Positions 46,133 through 57,575 are shown, numbered from the stretch's first letter. The stretch is 64,000 nt of DNA from an uncultured Methanosarcinaceae archaeon (GCA_963733675.1 CAVTET010000004.1:640001-704000), one strand, 5' to 3'. Translations and numbers: made by a program. The notes: a model not told the origin generated them from the sequence alone.

Positions 46133-46150
46133 CAGTGGAAGTAAAGGGGT
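46133..46150 (+). promoter_or_regulatory. Isolated ORB-like box
   Basis: CAGTGGAAGTAAAGGGGT. Confidence 0.5.
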
Positions 46151-46847
46151 TATCTTCATTGTTCCTCCTAATTTGACATGAAAGTACATGAGATTGTCTT
46201 TCTCACGACTTTTTCCTTTCCACAATCTGTTTCGTCTTCATATAACTCGTAATTTGTAATTAAATGCCATATTATTGGGCAATTTTCCTTTTTGGAGCTT
46301 GCTGCTACCTTCGCAATCTGTTTTAGAATCCACCTAGCTACTTTGATTTTATTTTTGCGACTCTCCCGATGCAAAATTCATAAGCAGATTGGTATATATT
46401 AGAAACAGCTCTAAGATATTAAGTAAGCTGATATCCTAAATAAAAATCTTTTTAATTCCTATTTTAGCAATTAATATTTTTCAGATAAGGGGCACTTTTA
46501 GCAAGATGAGGTTTAACGGAATAAAATTGCTAAATGAAGAATGCAGTTAAGAGTTAGGCTAATTGAAATGAATGGATCTGCTACTTTGTCAAACGATATA
46601 ATGGTTAGATTTCCATTAGTCTTGGAAAGAAACTCGATGTAAAATCATTCCTAAAAACAATAATAAATTGATTGTGTCCGCAAGTTGCTGAAAACAGTGA
46701 GCACATGAATTTCTCTGTTTTTCCTCAAATACAGGGTTATTACTCGTTTTTTGAAATTAATCAATAAACTTTGATACTCCAAAAGAAGCTTTGAAAAAAA
46801 AGATTATGAAAAAAAAGATTATGAAAAAAAGTCGGTAAAAAAATTAG

Positions 46848-46921
46848 CGGGCTCGAAGGGATTTGAACCCCCGACCTATGGATTAAGAGTCCATCGCTCT
46901 GCCTGACTAAGCTACGAGCCC
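46848..46921 (-). tRNA. tRNA-Lys (CTT)
   Basis: Minus strand GGGCTCGTAGCTTAG...ATGGA-CTCTTAA-TCCAT...GGTTCAAATCC; several T-runs downstream. Confidence 0.95.
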
Positions 46922-46994
46922 AATTATTATTATTCTCATTGAATGAGCGAACCTCACAATGCATTTTTAAATATTTATAGGTTTCGGGATAAGT

Positions 46995-47042
46995 GGCTTT
47001 GCACTTAAAGTCCCATTTTTACCGGCCTTTAGGTGCAAAGCC
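46995..47042. mobile_element. 48-bp miniature inverted-repeat element with 9-bp target duplication
   Basis: GGCTTTGCACTTAAAG ... CTTTAGGTGCAAAGCC flanked by GGGATAAGT at 46986-46994 and 47043-47051. Confidence 0.8.
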
Positions 47043-47109
47043 GGGATAAGTATAATCTCTGTAAATCTTTCATAGGATTTTTTTCTCGTAATTTGAGAGA
47101 ATCTTTTCT

Positions 47110-47257
47110 GGTTCTGTTGCAAAAATAATTTTACTGCCTTTTTAGGCTATAATTATTGTTTTTTGTATCATTATCGACCTGTTTATGGATATAAATACCC
47201 CATTTGTGATGTTTTTAATTGGTTTTGTAAAATAACCAGATTTTTTACAACGGAACC
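47110..47257 (-). mobile_element. 148-bp IS6-end MITE (family A), copy 1
   Basis: IS6-type IRs; reverse complement of 48509-48656 with 2 differences by eye. Confidence 0.9.
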
Positions 47258-47384
47258 AGAAAAAGAGTCGGTTAAGCATTAAACTACTATAAGAGAATAT
47301 AGTAAATCTTTTGTACTATTGGAAGACTATCAAAAGTAACAATTGTTAATTTATACTTTTTGTGAAATTCAAGTCTATCATTTA

Positions 47385-47503
47385 TAGGACTTATGCACTT
47401 GAGGTATAAAATTATGTGCAATAGAAGTTGTAGATTGGACTTTGATTTTAAAAAGTACAAGGTTTAATGCAATTGAATTAAAAAATCAATTGCATAAAGC
47501 CTA
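47385..47503. mobile_element. ~120-bp MITE, family C
   Basis: TAGGACTTATGCACTTGA ... TCAATTGCATAAAGCCTA. Confidence 0.65.
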
Positions 47504-47566
47504 ATATTATTATATCTCTAACTGTGATGTAAATTTCAAAACCTAGAGATTTTATGAGAGATTAAG

Positions 47567-48346
47567 ATGGAACTCGACGAAGTCATAATCACACGGGCAA
47601 TTTTTGATGAGTATTCTAAAACCTTCCTCGACTACATAGATATTGATGTGGCACTTGTAGGAGGAGGGCCTGCAAATCTGGTGGCTGCAAAGTATTTAGC
47701 AGAGGAGGGGGTAAAAGTCGCCATTTATGAAAAGAAGGTATCTCTTGGAGGTGGCATGTGGGCTGGTGGTATGATGTTCCCGCGCATAGTTGTGCAGGAA
47801 GAGGCTCTCAGTATCCTAGATGACTTTGGAATTAGATATAAGGAATACCAGCCAGGGTATTATGTGGCAAACTCAGTTGAATCTGTTGGGAAGCTAATTG
47901 CAGGTGCAACTTCAGCAGGGGCTGAGGTCTTTAACCTTGTGAATTTTGAAGACGTTATAATTCGGGAAAATGACAAGATTACTGGCATAGTGATCAATTG
48001 GGGACCTGTTGCAGAACAACGCCTGCATGTAGACCCTCTCATGATCAGCACAAAACTCGTAATTGACGGAACAGGGCACGATGCGGCTGTCTGCAACACG
48101 ATTCTCCGAAAAATACCAAACGCAAAGATCGGGAAATTAGGAGTTCTAGGGGAGAAACCCATGTGGTCAGAGGTTGGCGAGCGTCTTACTGTTGACGCAA
48201 CGCAGGAGATCTACCCGGGTTTGATTGTTGCGGGAATGGCTGCGAATGCAGCAACCCATGCTCCAAGAATGGGGCCTATCTTCGGGGGGATGCTCCTTTC
48301 AGGTAAAAAGGCTGCAGACATTGCTCTTGATAGGCTTATTTGGTGA
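47567..48346 (+). CDS. thi4: Thiazole synthase, His-type (sulfide-dependent)
   Basis: GGGPAN, GGGMWAGGMMF, LHVDP (His at the yeast Cys position), TGHD, PRMGPIFGGMLLSG. Confidence 0.95.
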   Translation: MELDEVIITRAIFDEYSKTFLDYIDIDVALVGGGPANLVAAKYLAEEGVKVAIYEKKVSLGGGMWAGGMMFPRIVVQEEALSILDDFGIRYKEYQPGYYVANSVESVGKLIAGATSAGAEVFNLVNFEDVIIRENDKITGIVINWGPVAEQRLHVDPLMISTKLVIDGTGHDAAVCNTILRKIPNAKIGKLGVLGEKPMWSEVGERLTVDATQEIYPGLIVAGMAANAATHAPRMGPIFGGMLLSGKKAADIALDRLIW

Positions 48347-48508
48347 TGCAAGGTCATTCACCAGGTTTTTCAAAAAGGGCAGGATACTTATTTTTTGATG
48401 GCATGAAAAGCTCTTCGTCTAATTTTGTAGTATAAAGTGTTTTCACTCTTGAAAGCTGGTAAAATGATAAATTCTGGACTCCTTCAAGGTTAGCTCCTTC
48501 AATATTAG

Positions 48509-48656
48509 GGTTCCGTTGCAAAAAATCTGGCTATTTTACAAAACCAATTAAAAACATCACAAATGGGGTATTTATATCCATAAACAGGTCGATAATGATA
48601 CAAAAAACAATAATTATAGCCTAAAAAGGCAGTAAAATTATTTTTGCAACAGAACC
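48509..48656 (+). mobile_element. 148-bp IS6-end MITE (family A), copy 2
   Basis: GGTTCCGTTGCAAAAA ... TTTTTGCAACAGAACC. Confidence 0.9.
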
Positions 48657-48775
48657 CGAAATAGAGCAGTGTTACGACTTTGCTGTAACTTTAAAGTTAA
48701 GTTTTTTGTATAATGTATGTTTTAAATATATAAAATTTTCAATTTATTAAAGAATATAGTAAAAGGGATACTTGA

Positions 48776-49402
48776 ATGAAAGAGAATTCACAAATTATAA
48801 TTACAATTAGCCGCCAGCTAGGAAGTGGGGGAGCGTACATAGGGCAGCAACTGGCAAAAAAATTGAATATTTCTTATTTGGATCACGAAATCATTAGACT
48901 GGCTGCTAAAAAGCTCTCAGTATTGGAAGATGAGTTGGAACCACATGATGAAAGAATACTGTCTTTTTGGGAATCCTTTTTTCAATCAAAAGGATATATT
49001 GGCCCTGATGTGTATATACCACCACACATTTTTGTTCCAACAGACAGGGAGCTTTTTGAAGCCGAAGCAGAAATAATAAAACGCATTGCTAATGATCGTT
49101 CAGCGGTAATTATCGGGAGATGTGGCTCTTATATCTTGCATGCCTGCCCGAATCATACCAGCATATTTTTACATGCGGATATTGAGTTCCGTAAGGGACG
49201 TATTGAAAAGTTATATAATGTTTCGAAGGAAGCTTCCAGTAAAAGGATTGCTGAAAGCGATAGTGAAAGATCTCGTTATCACTATAAGCTTACTGGACAG
49301 GAATGGACTGATGCAAGGCAGTATGACCTTTCAATAGATACAAGTAAAACAGGAGTAGATAATAGTGTGCAACTTATTTTGCAATACCTTGAATTAATTT
49401 AA
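48776..49402 (+). CDS. Cytidylate kinase-like family protein
   Basis: ITISRQLGSGG, VIIGRC, YDLSIDTS. Confidence 0.85.
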   Translation: MKENSQIIITISRQLGSGGAYIGQQLAKKLNISYLDHEIIRLAAKKLSVLEDELEPHDERILSFWESFFQSKGYIGPDVYIPPHIFVPTDRELFEAEAEIIKRIANDRSAVIIGRCGSYILHACPNHTSIFLHADIEFRKGRIEKLYNVSKEASSKRIAESDSERSRYHYKLTGQEWTDARQYDLSIDTSKTGVDNSVQLILQYLELI

Positions 49403-49849
49403 TAGATATACCAATTCTGTTTTTAGTGTCTCAAAAAAGAGACTTTTTATTATTTTCTGGTCTTTTTTTTTCGGTAGTATAGTAAAAGTCCTGTAAAATC
49501 ACTAGCTCCAAAAAACTTATTTTATAGAAAACTCGATAAACTGCTAAAAAATAAAGAATAGCTACGTTTGATTATTCACTTTTTGAAATACGAGATTTCA
49601 GACGAATACAAAATGAGAGATATTCAAAATCCCAGGCAAGTAAAGAAGGCAGTAATTGAAAAAGCACAATAAAATGCGTAAAATCACAAATAATTTAGCA
49701 GGAACTTTGCCAGTTTGGTATAAACTAAACGACTACCGGGGTGGTTACAATCCTGGATGGGGTGATGGCTACAAATAGGCTATTCAAATAAGAATGCACA
49801 TGTTTTACCACAAAAACTATGCATAGAATTAGAAGATACAAAAAATAAT

Positions 49850-49999
49850 GCAATATCCATTACCTTAATGGATATCATTATTGCCCTGGAAAATTAGGTA
49901 ACCTACCTTTTTAAATTATGCATGGAGATTATATTTATCAACATGAAGTTAACAATAATAAAATATTGTTTGTGTAGTTAGTGAGATAACTAACCCGAT
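49850..49999. repeat. Dispersed ~150-bp repeat, copy 2
   Basis: Aligns with 14841-14988. Confidence 0.75.
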
Positions 50000-50013
50000 G
50001 CTTTTATGATTGT

Positions 50014-50655
50014 TCATTCGTTAAACTTTTTGTAAAGATAGCGTGTGGTAATTTGGAAAATTAGAATGAAGATCATCAGCATTACAACATCCAACAGCGG
50101 TGGTAAAAGCGATTTACCAGTATACGCATATTCGATCACATCATTTCCATAAGTAAATGGTGATATAAGTGCTATCTTCTGACCTATCTTAGGCGTAACG
50201 GATATAGGAACAAAAATACCCGAGATAAAGATAAGTGGTAGCCGCACTGTATTGAGCATAGACATAACCTCACCCGCAGTCTCGATGGGGTACGCAGCAA
50301 ATAGTGTCCCAAGCGTAGCAAAACAGAATGCAATGAGGATCATGGAGATCACAAGAACAGGCATATACAAAGGAGGGCGATCGAGATAAGTCCTGGAATT
50401 AGGGTGCCTGGAGAGGTGGTCTTTCCAATAGGCAAAAACTAGGAACATCAAAAGCGGGAAAAAGATTCCGGAAACAATGCTATTTGGCTTGAGGTAGTAG
50501 ATCAACATGTCCTTTTTGGCGATTGCCCACGCAGCAAATATCCCACAGGAAAGATGTTTTCCCCATCCCTTATTATTAATCGATGGCATGGATTCCATCG
50601 CCTACCCACTGTAGACCAGTCAACTTTAGAAATACATCCTCGATGCTCTTGTTTC
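50014..50655 (-). pseudogene. ABC-2 exporter remnant: internally deleted permease plus the last codons of the ATPase gene
   Basis: AIAKKD..IYY.KP and RLPLIFISGIFVP..SPFTY permease motifs in a shortened ORF; upstream SIEDVFLKLTG is a typical ATPase C-terminus. Confidence 0.7.
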
Positions 50656-50967
50656 TGAATATATCCCTTATACCCAGAGGATGTTCTTTTTATTACTCTT
50701 TTCATTACTGCATTATAACCTTTTGATTTTGTTCTGAAAGCTGACCCAAAAAATATAGCCATATACTATCACCTATGGAAATCTATTCGAAGGCTTAGGA
50801 CTGGGTGTCTATAATTCCACTACGGCAATAATTTTGGAAGTATTTGGTTTAAAAATGTAAACATCAGTAAGCATGCGCTTGCTTAAAGATGTGCATCAAA
50901 AAGTTGAATGGCAGATTACTGACAAACTTCGCCTTCGTTAGACGGGTAAATGTATTAAAGTACCTGA

Positions 50968-51892
50968 TTATTCGACAACCGCACATGCAAAATGCCCATG
51001 CTCATAATGTCCATACTTTCGTTCTTGTAAGTAACGCCCTTCGATGTCTGTTGGACTCAGGTCCTCATATAGTTGGAATCCTAAACTTGCGAGCTCTTCG
51101 GCCAAGTTTGAAGGATTGAAGCCTCTACTTTTTATTGGTTCACCTATTTTACTCAAATACTCAAATAGCTCTCGCATTTGTGGAGACATTTTTTCGGGGA
51201 TAAATGCAGCGGTACCTATATAATCGAAAACTAAAGTGCTGCCAGCAGGAGCAAGGTCAGAGATGAAACGCAGTGTCGCCAATACATCTTTTTGGGGCAA
51301 GTACGGGATGACACCGAACCAGCTGAAGAAACTTTTAATTTTTGGGTCATAATATACTGAGCGAGTGAGTGCTGTTACTAAATTTTCCTTTGTGAAATCT
51401 ACAGAAATGAAGTGTAATTTTGCTGGATGTTTCCATCCCAACTCGGTAAGGCGATGGAGCTTAAATTCTTGAGTAGCTGGACGGTCAACCTCAAAAACTT
51501 CCAACTCTTCTAACATTTCAGGACGCTGAAACGCAAATGTATCCATTCCTGCCCCAAGAATTACATACTGCTTAACTCCTTGCCTAAAAGCTTCCTCCAA
51601 GGTATCTTCCGTATATCGAGCACGACTGATAACATTATTAATTGCTTGTATTAAGGACTCTGAGGTAGTAATTCTATCATAGAGCGATGCAGTTATTTTC
51701 AGTATCATTTAATTGTTGATCCCAGGTCACATATTGTTCAATTAAATGTTGTTCAATTAGTGCTCGTTTTTCCTCTGGTATCAAATCATAGGCCAAAAAG
51801 TCATCAAAGATTTTTGGAGTATCATACATGGAATGGTAGGCACGCATATAGGCCAGTGACATTGCAGTAAAGCTAGCCTGGTTTTCTTTCAT
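50968..51892 (-). pseudogene. LCM/TIGR00027-type SAM-dependent methyltransferase, one frameshift near 51700
   Basis: TA...AYMRA...IFDD.LA, then RARY, QYVILGAGMDT, FEVD, GVIPYL. Confidence 0.85.
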
Positions 51893-52038
51893 CTAATTAT
51901 CTCCTTTTTTATTGTACTTTCTCAAAATCAAGAAGTTAATATTTGAAGAAAGTACCAGGCTGCATTGAAGCTGATTTATTGCAACACTGCCAATCGGTAC
52001 TCATCAACTGATATTGTCTAGAATATCAATTATCAAGT

Positions 52039-53850
52039 CTATCCCCTCTTTTCTTTTCCTTCAAGATCACTTTTGCTAGCATCTTTAATCGGAAAATGTG
52101 TTTCGTGCACGTACCGTTGGCCCCTCATAGCAGACAATACCGCAGCTGTGCCTGAGAGTACCGCCCCAATTCTAAACGCAAGCTGCAGCGCTGGCATAAA
52201 AGCCTGCTGCAATGTCCGTGGAAACCAGTATCTGCTTGTAAGGGTGGGTGGTCACTATCTGTTGCGGTATCGCGCTGACAATATGTTGATCCATGGGGCT
52301 CAAGATCGAGCCCATCGGATTATACCCTAAGAAAGCAGAGAACAGCGCATTGGTCGGTGACATGCTGGCTAGCCGGTCTGCGAGTTGTTGCATAGTGGGG
52401 TTAATCTGTAAGGATCCTAGGCTAGCAAAATAGTCGTGTATCGCTCCTGGAAAAGCTCCCTTGATGCCTACGATAACGATGGTGAAAAACACAGCCATAC
52501 TTACAGTATTAGCCGAACTTGTCAGTGTGAACATCGTACCAGATGCTACGCCCCGATCTTGAGGGGGTACTGAGTTCATGACTGAAGAGCTATTAGGGGA
52601 GCTAAACATGCCATTACCAGCACCCATCAGGAAAATCAGGATGCCCAGTTCCCAATAATCGAAATTATAGGGAAGCATTGAGAGCCCAATGAAGACCAAG
52701 GTCACGAGAGTCATCCCAAAGGTAGCGATCCATCGAGGCCCATACTTGTCCGAGAGTATCCCGGAAATAGGTCCCATAACGACAAAGCCAAGAGTCATGG
52801 GGAGCAGGTAGATACCTGCCCAAAAGGGTGTATCCTCGAAGCGATAACCATGAAGCGGCAACTAGATGCCCTGCAGCAACATGATAAGCATAAACATGAC
52901 ACACCCTCGCGAAATAGCTGCTGTGAAGCTGGCGAGATTGGCGTAGGTGAAAGCCCGGATTCTGAAGAACTCCAGCCGGAACATAGGGTTATTCACCTTG
53001 CTTTCTATAAATTAAAAGATGATCAACAGCGATATACCAACAATTATTGCTCTAATTACCCAGGGGTTTCCCCAGCCCATAGCATCGGTGATGCTATCAT
53101 GTTTGTAAGGCATCAGGGCATAGGTTACACCTACAAGCAAAGATGTCAGCCCACCGATGAAGACTAAATTACCCAAGAAATCGATACTTGTTTTTGGTGC
53201 ACGGAAAGAAACCTCCGTCATCTTCCAATAAGACCATATTGTCCCAAATATAGCAAAGGGAACGCTGACTAAAAACACATAGCTCCAATTGTATACAGCT
53301 AGTATTCCACCCAGCAATAAGCCAATGAACTGGCCAGACATGAAGGCAACCATATTTATGCCGAGGGCCTTTCCCCTCTCATTAGCCGGAAATGCGTCTG
53401 TGATGATGGCTGCACCGTTTGACATGGTGAATGCACTACCCCCACAGCCTATATGAACCGGAAAAGAATTAGCTCTAGTGCACCCGTGTTACCGGTGCTC
53501 AGAGTAAGGTAAAGTAGAGTTGATCCAATGGCAAATATCAGAAAACCCAACCTAAAGAGTTTCATCCGACCGTACATGTCCGCAAGTCGCCCGAAACTGA
53601 GGAGCAGCGTTGCAGTTACCAAACCATAGCCCATCAATATCCACAACAGATACTGAAATACATCAGGAGCCATAGGGTTAATCTGTATGCCCTTGAATAT
53701 CGTAGGCAACGCGATCAGAACAATGCTGTTGTCAGTTGACCCCATCAAAGTTGCTAAGGTCACATTGAACAGTGCAATCCACTTGTATTCAACGCCTTTC
53801 CCTAATCTGCCAGCGATCACTTTGTCTGTCATATTACTGTTTTCGTTCAA
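52039..53850 (-). pseudogene. MFS drug-efflux transporter (EmrB/QacA-like), several frameshifts
   Basis: [41 protein letters not shown] across ORFs 53449-53967, 53012-53425 and 52172-52861. Confidence 0.88.
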
Positions 53851-53908
53851 CCTGTTACCTTCTATTATCATCCGTTTGTAGAGTCTGAGAATTGCCATTG
53901 TGTGTTTT

Positions 53909-54301
53909 TTAAGGCTGCTGATCAAAGCGGATATTACTAACTTCATCATCAGTATCACTACTGCCATTACCTTCAGTCACAATATCGATGATCTGGGACA
54001 TTTCATCCAGGAGCTCCAATCTCTTTTGTGTCATGTGGTCCAGCGCCACTATTCCCTTAGAGGTGATTGAATAAACCTTCCTGCGACGCTCCTCCACCTC
54101 TTTGCTATGGATTAAGTCGTTTGACTCTAGACTCTCCAGTATTGGGTAAATCGAACCTGTACTTGGGGCCCAGAACCCTTTCGATCGGAACTTGATGGTC
54201 TTGATTATACCATAGCCATGGGTTGGCTTATCCTTAATAATCTTCAGAACGATATACTTGAGAAAAACTCGCCTGATCTCTGTACACATTTTGTTTTCCA
54301 T
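53909..54301 (-). CDS. PadR-family transcriptional regulator
   Basis: [27 protein letters not shown]. Confidence 0.88.
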   Translation of the reverse strand: MENKMCTEIRRVFLKYIVLKIIKDKPTHGYGIIKTIKFRSKGFWAPSTGSIYPILESLESNDLIHSKEVEERRRKVYSITSKGIVALDHMTQKRLELLDEMSQIIDIVTEGNGSSDTDDEVSNIRFDQQP

Positions 54302-54671
54302 AATTCGAGCCTCAACATCTCGAAAGATGATATATCAAACCATGACATAACAAGAGATGATGTATTTATAGATTTGTAGTCAATTGATACATCAACAAGC
54401 ATGAAAGCTCGCAGAATATGACAAATTATGGAGAATATCGAGGTGGATTAAACTTATGCATTATTGGATTAAATTTATGAATAATTATTTTTATGTGTGA
54501 AGGATTCAGCACAGAAGTTCGCCTTAGTCATTGTTTTAGTAGCTTTTGCTCTTCGAAAATCCCTGATGCCTACGGTTTACACTTAATTGGAGCTTACGAA
54601 GTTAAAGGATAAAATAAAATCCTGTAACCTCTCCATAATTATTGATATTTAAACGATTAAGTGCTTATTGA

Positions 54672-54821
54672 GGTTCCGTTGCAAAAAATCTGGCTCCCTT
54701 GCAAAATCAGAAAAAACCTTCACAATTAGGATATTTATATTCCATAAACAGGTCAATAATGATACCAAAAAGCAATAGTTATAGCCTAAAAAGGCAGTAA
54801 AATTATTTTTGCAACGGAACC
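54672..54821 (+). mobile_element. 150-bp IS6-end MITE (family A), copy 3, with 8-bp target duplication
   Basis: CTTATTGA at 54664-54671 and 54822-54829. Confidence 0.92.
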
Positions 54822-55489
54822 CTTATTGATACTACTTTTCAGTTTAAACTGTATTAATCTTAAAGTTTTGAGATATTCAGTCAAACTAGACAAATTAAAG
54901 CTGCATTTTAGTTGCTTCACCTATCTTTTTCCAATATTCCTTAAATTCTTGCGTTTGTGAGACAATTTTTCCTGATCTACATTTATTTGTCTTTTTCTCT
55001 TCTTTTTCTTTTGTACAAAAAACATTGAGAAAGCTAAAGCTATTTTGGTAAGAAGGATAATCATCACATGTATTGAGTAAGTAATTACTTTTTCAATGGT
55101 TACCTTCATTGATGTGTTTTAGCACAAAAACTGTGTATTAATATCAACGATAAATTCTATTTTTTTCTGGCAAAGAAAAGAGCATAAAGTCGGTAAGATT
55201 TTACATAAAATTATACATGCTGTATTCACATTTTTAATTTTATTCTAATTATACGTAACTGGTTATGGGTAGTTATTATTTATCATAAAAGCAGATTCTA
55301 TTGCCAGTCTTCTGAAATCTTATGTTGATAACATATTGTTTTCGGTTAATAAGATAACTATCGAAAACAGATAAATCATAATTTGCTATTATATTTTTGG
55401 ATAAAATAATTGAATTAAGGGGAGATGTGTTAGTAGTCCTATCAAATGCAAAAAAAGTATTAAAAAAGCATAGCAAAATTCGATAGCCA

Positions 55490-55844
55490 CAGATGAACTA
55501 CAAAATGAGAAGAACTTGTCTAAAAATATTGAAATTCGACAAGTCAAGTATTTGAATAACATTGTAGAACAAGATCACAGATCTGTAAAGCGGATAATTA
55601 CTACAATGCTAGGCTTTCAGTCTTTTCGCTCTGCAAGTAAGACTTTAAAAGTAATTGAAGCTATGAATATGGTTAAAAAAGGACAAGTCAATAATCTAAA
55701 TTACTCTGGTCTTGATGAAGTCAAATATATTAATCAATTATTTGGTATAGTTTTATAATGTTGGTACATTTCCCTCGGATATTTTACCTTTTATTCATTA
55801 TCCATATATTTATATACTAATTTTAAATTTTTTTCAATTGAATC
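55490..55844 (+). mobile_element. Decayed IS6 3' fragment including its worn terminal repeat
   Basis: ORF 55516-55758 YLNNIVEQDHR...QLFGIVL; downstream sequence tracks the IS6 end to TTTTCAATTGAATC. Confidence 0.85.
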
Positions 55845-57575
55845 ATATTTTCTGCACTTCCCCTTTAAGTATATTACAGAAATCCCAGGTAGTGCAAGTT
55901 TTGTTTGAATCAGTTCAGAAAGCACGGGATTAAGGATTTGTTCTTTTATATTATATCCAATTTCTTTTTCAGTCTCTATTTTTTCCATCCCTTTTCCTTC
56001 ATCGATATTAAAGACTGAAACGTCGGGAGTTATTGTCTCCACCACTTTTCTTATATCAGGAGCTTCCTGACCACCAGTCATTGCTGCAACATCATTCTGT
56101 AGTATGAGTACAAGCATGTCGCATCCGAAAGTTACGGCATTTAGGAGTCCCAGGATGCCTGAGTGTGCCAGTGCGAAATCTCCGATTACAGCGATGCCTT
56201 TTTTCTCAAATCCACAGGCAACAGAGATTGCAGAGCCTAGGGCAAAGCTAACATCAACTGCTGCAAGTGGCTCAGGTGCGCTCCGGACGGAACAACCCAT
56301 ATCTCCCGCAATCCACACGTTAATCGTGCTGAGGAAATGATAAAGAGGCAGATAAGGGCAGTTATCGCAGATAGTCCCCCTTCCTTCAGTAGATAATTTG
56401 GAAAAAGTAGTATCTGTAGATTTTGAAACTTCCTCCTCATCTATATGTTCAAGGGCAAATTCTATATCTTCAGGCATAACTTGTCCATATGGAAGGTGCC
56501 CAGTTTTTTTTCCACATACTCTGCCTGCGATCCGAATCTGTTCTTCTATGAAGGGTTCGGACTCTTCGGCCACAAGTAATATTTGATTATTTCTCAGAAA
56601 CGTCCCAATTTTTCTAATGGGAAGTGGATTTACAATGTTAAGAGACAGATGAGAAATTTCACAGTAAATGTCTCGCTTTTTCAGTATTTTTTCCACTATT
56701 GAAGACGTAAAACCCGAGGAAATGATTCCTATCCTTCTAGATCCTAAGCTGTATTCTGTTTCTTCTTCTGGCATCAATATTGTTCTATTCATGTCAGTAT
56801 TCTCAGCTTCAGCTTCCAGTAAAGGGTAGACTATGGAGTGAAATAGCTGGTGTTTTACCACCATCCTGCTTTTCCATATAGCGCGATCGAATTTGGGAGG
56901 AATAGATGAAGATCTAGGGAGGCGCTTTATTTTTCCTTCGCTTTTTCCAAAGCTTTGAGTGACCCTAAGCATAACTGGAGTCCTCGTCTTTTCCGAAAGC
57001 TCGTAAGCTCTTCTTAAAGCCCTGTATGCAGTATCTGGATCATTTGGATCAAACACTACAATCTCGGCTATCCGGCCATACCAGCGGGAGTCCTGTTCAT
57101 TCTGTGAGCCTTTCGCTCCAGGGTCATCTCCCACAATTATAACAAGGCCAGCTCCTATGGTATGCGTAACAGAGGTTATAAGGGGATCCGCAAGAATGTT
57201 CATTCCAACATGCTTTACAATAACAAGGGCCCTTTTCCCAGAAATTGATGCTCCTAGAGCAATTTCAAAGGCAACTTTTTCATTTGTGAGCCATCTGGCA
57301 CTATAAACTGAAATGCGCATTTTATCGGAATGACCTGCTCTTAAAATCGTGGTTCTTGATTCTACAACCCCCTCTCTATTGGTTTTATCCAAAAAAAACT
57401 TCATAAGGGAGTTTATAGGGTATCCGGGGACACCTGTTATCAGGCTAACATTACTGTCAAGCGCTGCGAGGTAAAGGGCTTCGAACCCGGTGCATTCTTC
57501 TGCATTTTCTTTCAAGCTTTTTCCTCGTTGTTGGAATCTAAAATATTTTGGATTTAAATTCGGTATGAGATCCAT
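55791..57575 (-). CDS. iorA: Indolepyruvate ferredoxin oxidoreductase alpha-like TPP enzyme
   Basis: GVPGYP, NEKVA, KHVGMN..ADP, DDPG...SQNEQD, CxxCP, GDMGC, IGD...HSG, N...AMTGGQ. Confidence 0.85.
   Translation of the reverse strand: MDLIPNLNPKYFRFQQRGKSLKENAEECTGFEALYLAALDSNVSLITGVPGYPINSLMKFFLDKTNREGVVESRTTILRAGHSDKMRISVYSARWLTNEKVAFEIALGASISGKRALVIVKHVGMNILADPLITSVTHTIGAGLVIIVGDDPGAKGSQNEQDSRWYGRIAEIVVFDPNDPDTAYRALRRAYELSEKTRTPVMLRVTQSFGKSEGKIKRLPRSSSIPPKFDRAIWKSRMVVKHQLFHSIVYPLLEAEAENTDMNRTILMPEEETEYSLGSRRIGIISSGFTSSIVEKILKKRDIYCEISHLSLNIVNPLPIRKIGTFLRNNQILLVAEESEPFIEEQIRIAGRVCGKKTGHLPYGQVMPEDIEFALEHIDEEEVSKSTDTTFSKLSTEGRGTICDNCPYLPLYHFLSTINVWIAGDMGCSVRSAPEPLAAVDVSFALGSAISVACGFEKKGIAVIGDFALAHSGILGLLNAVTFGCDMLVLILQNDVAAMTGGQEAPDIRKVVETITPDVSVFNIDEGKGMEKIETEKEIGYNIKEQILNPVLSELIQTKLALPGISVIYLKGKCRKYDSIEKNLKLVYKYMDNE

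Noticed and set aside
46790-46845. GAAAAAAAAGATTAT tandem as a special repeat
   Set aside because: Reads as stacked oligo-T terminators of tRNA-Lys on the minus strand
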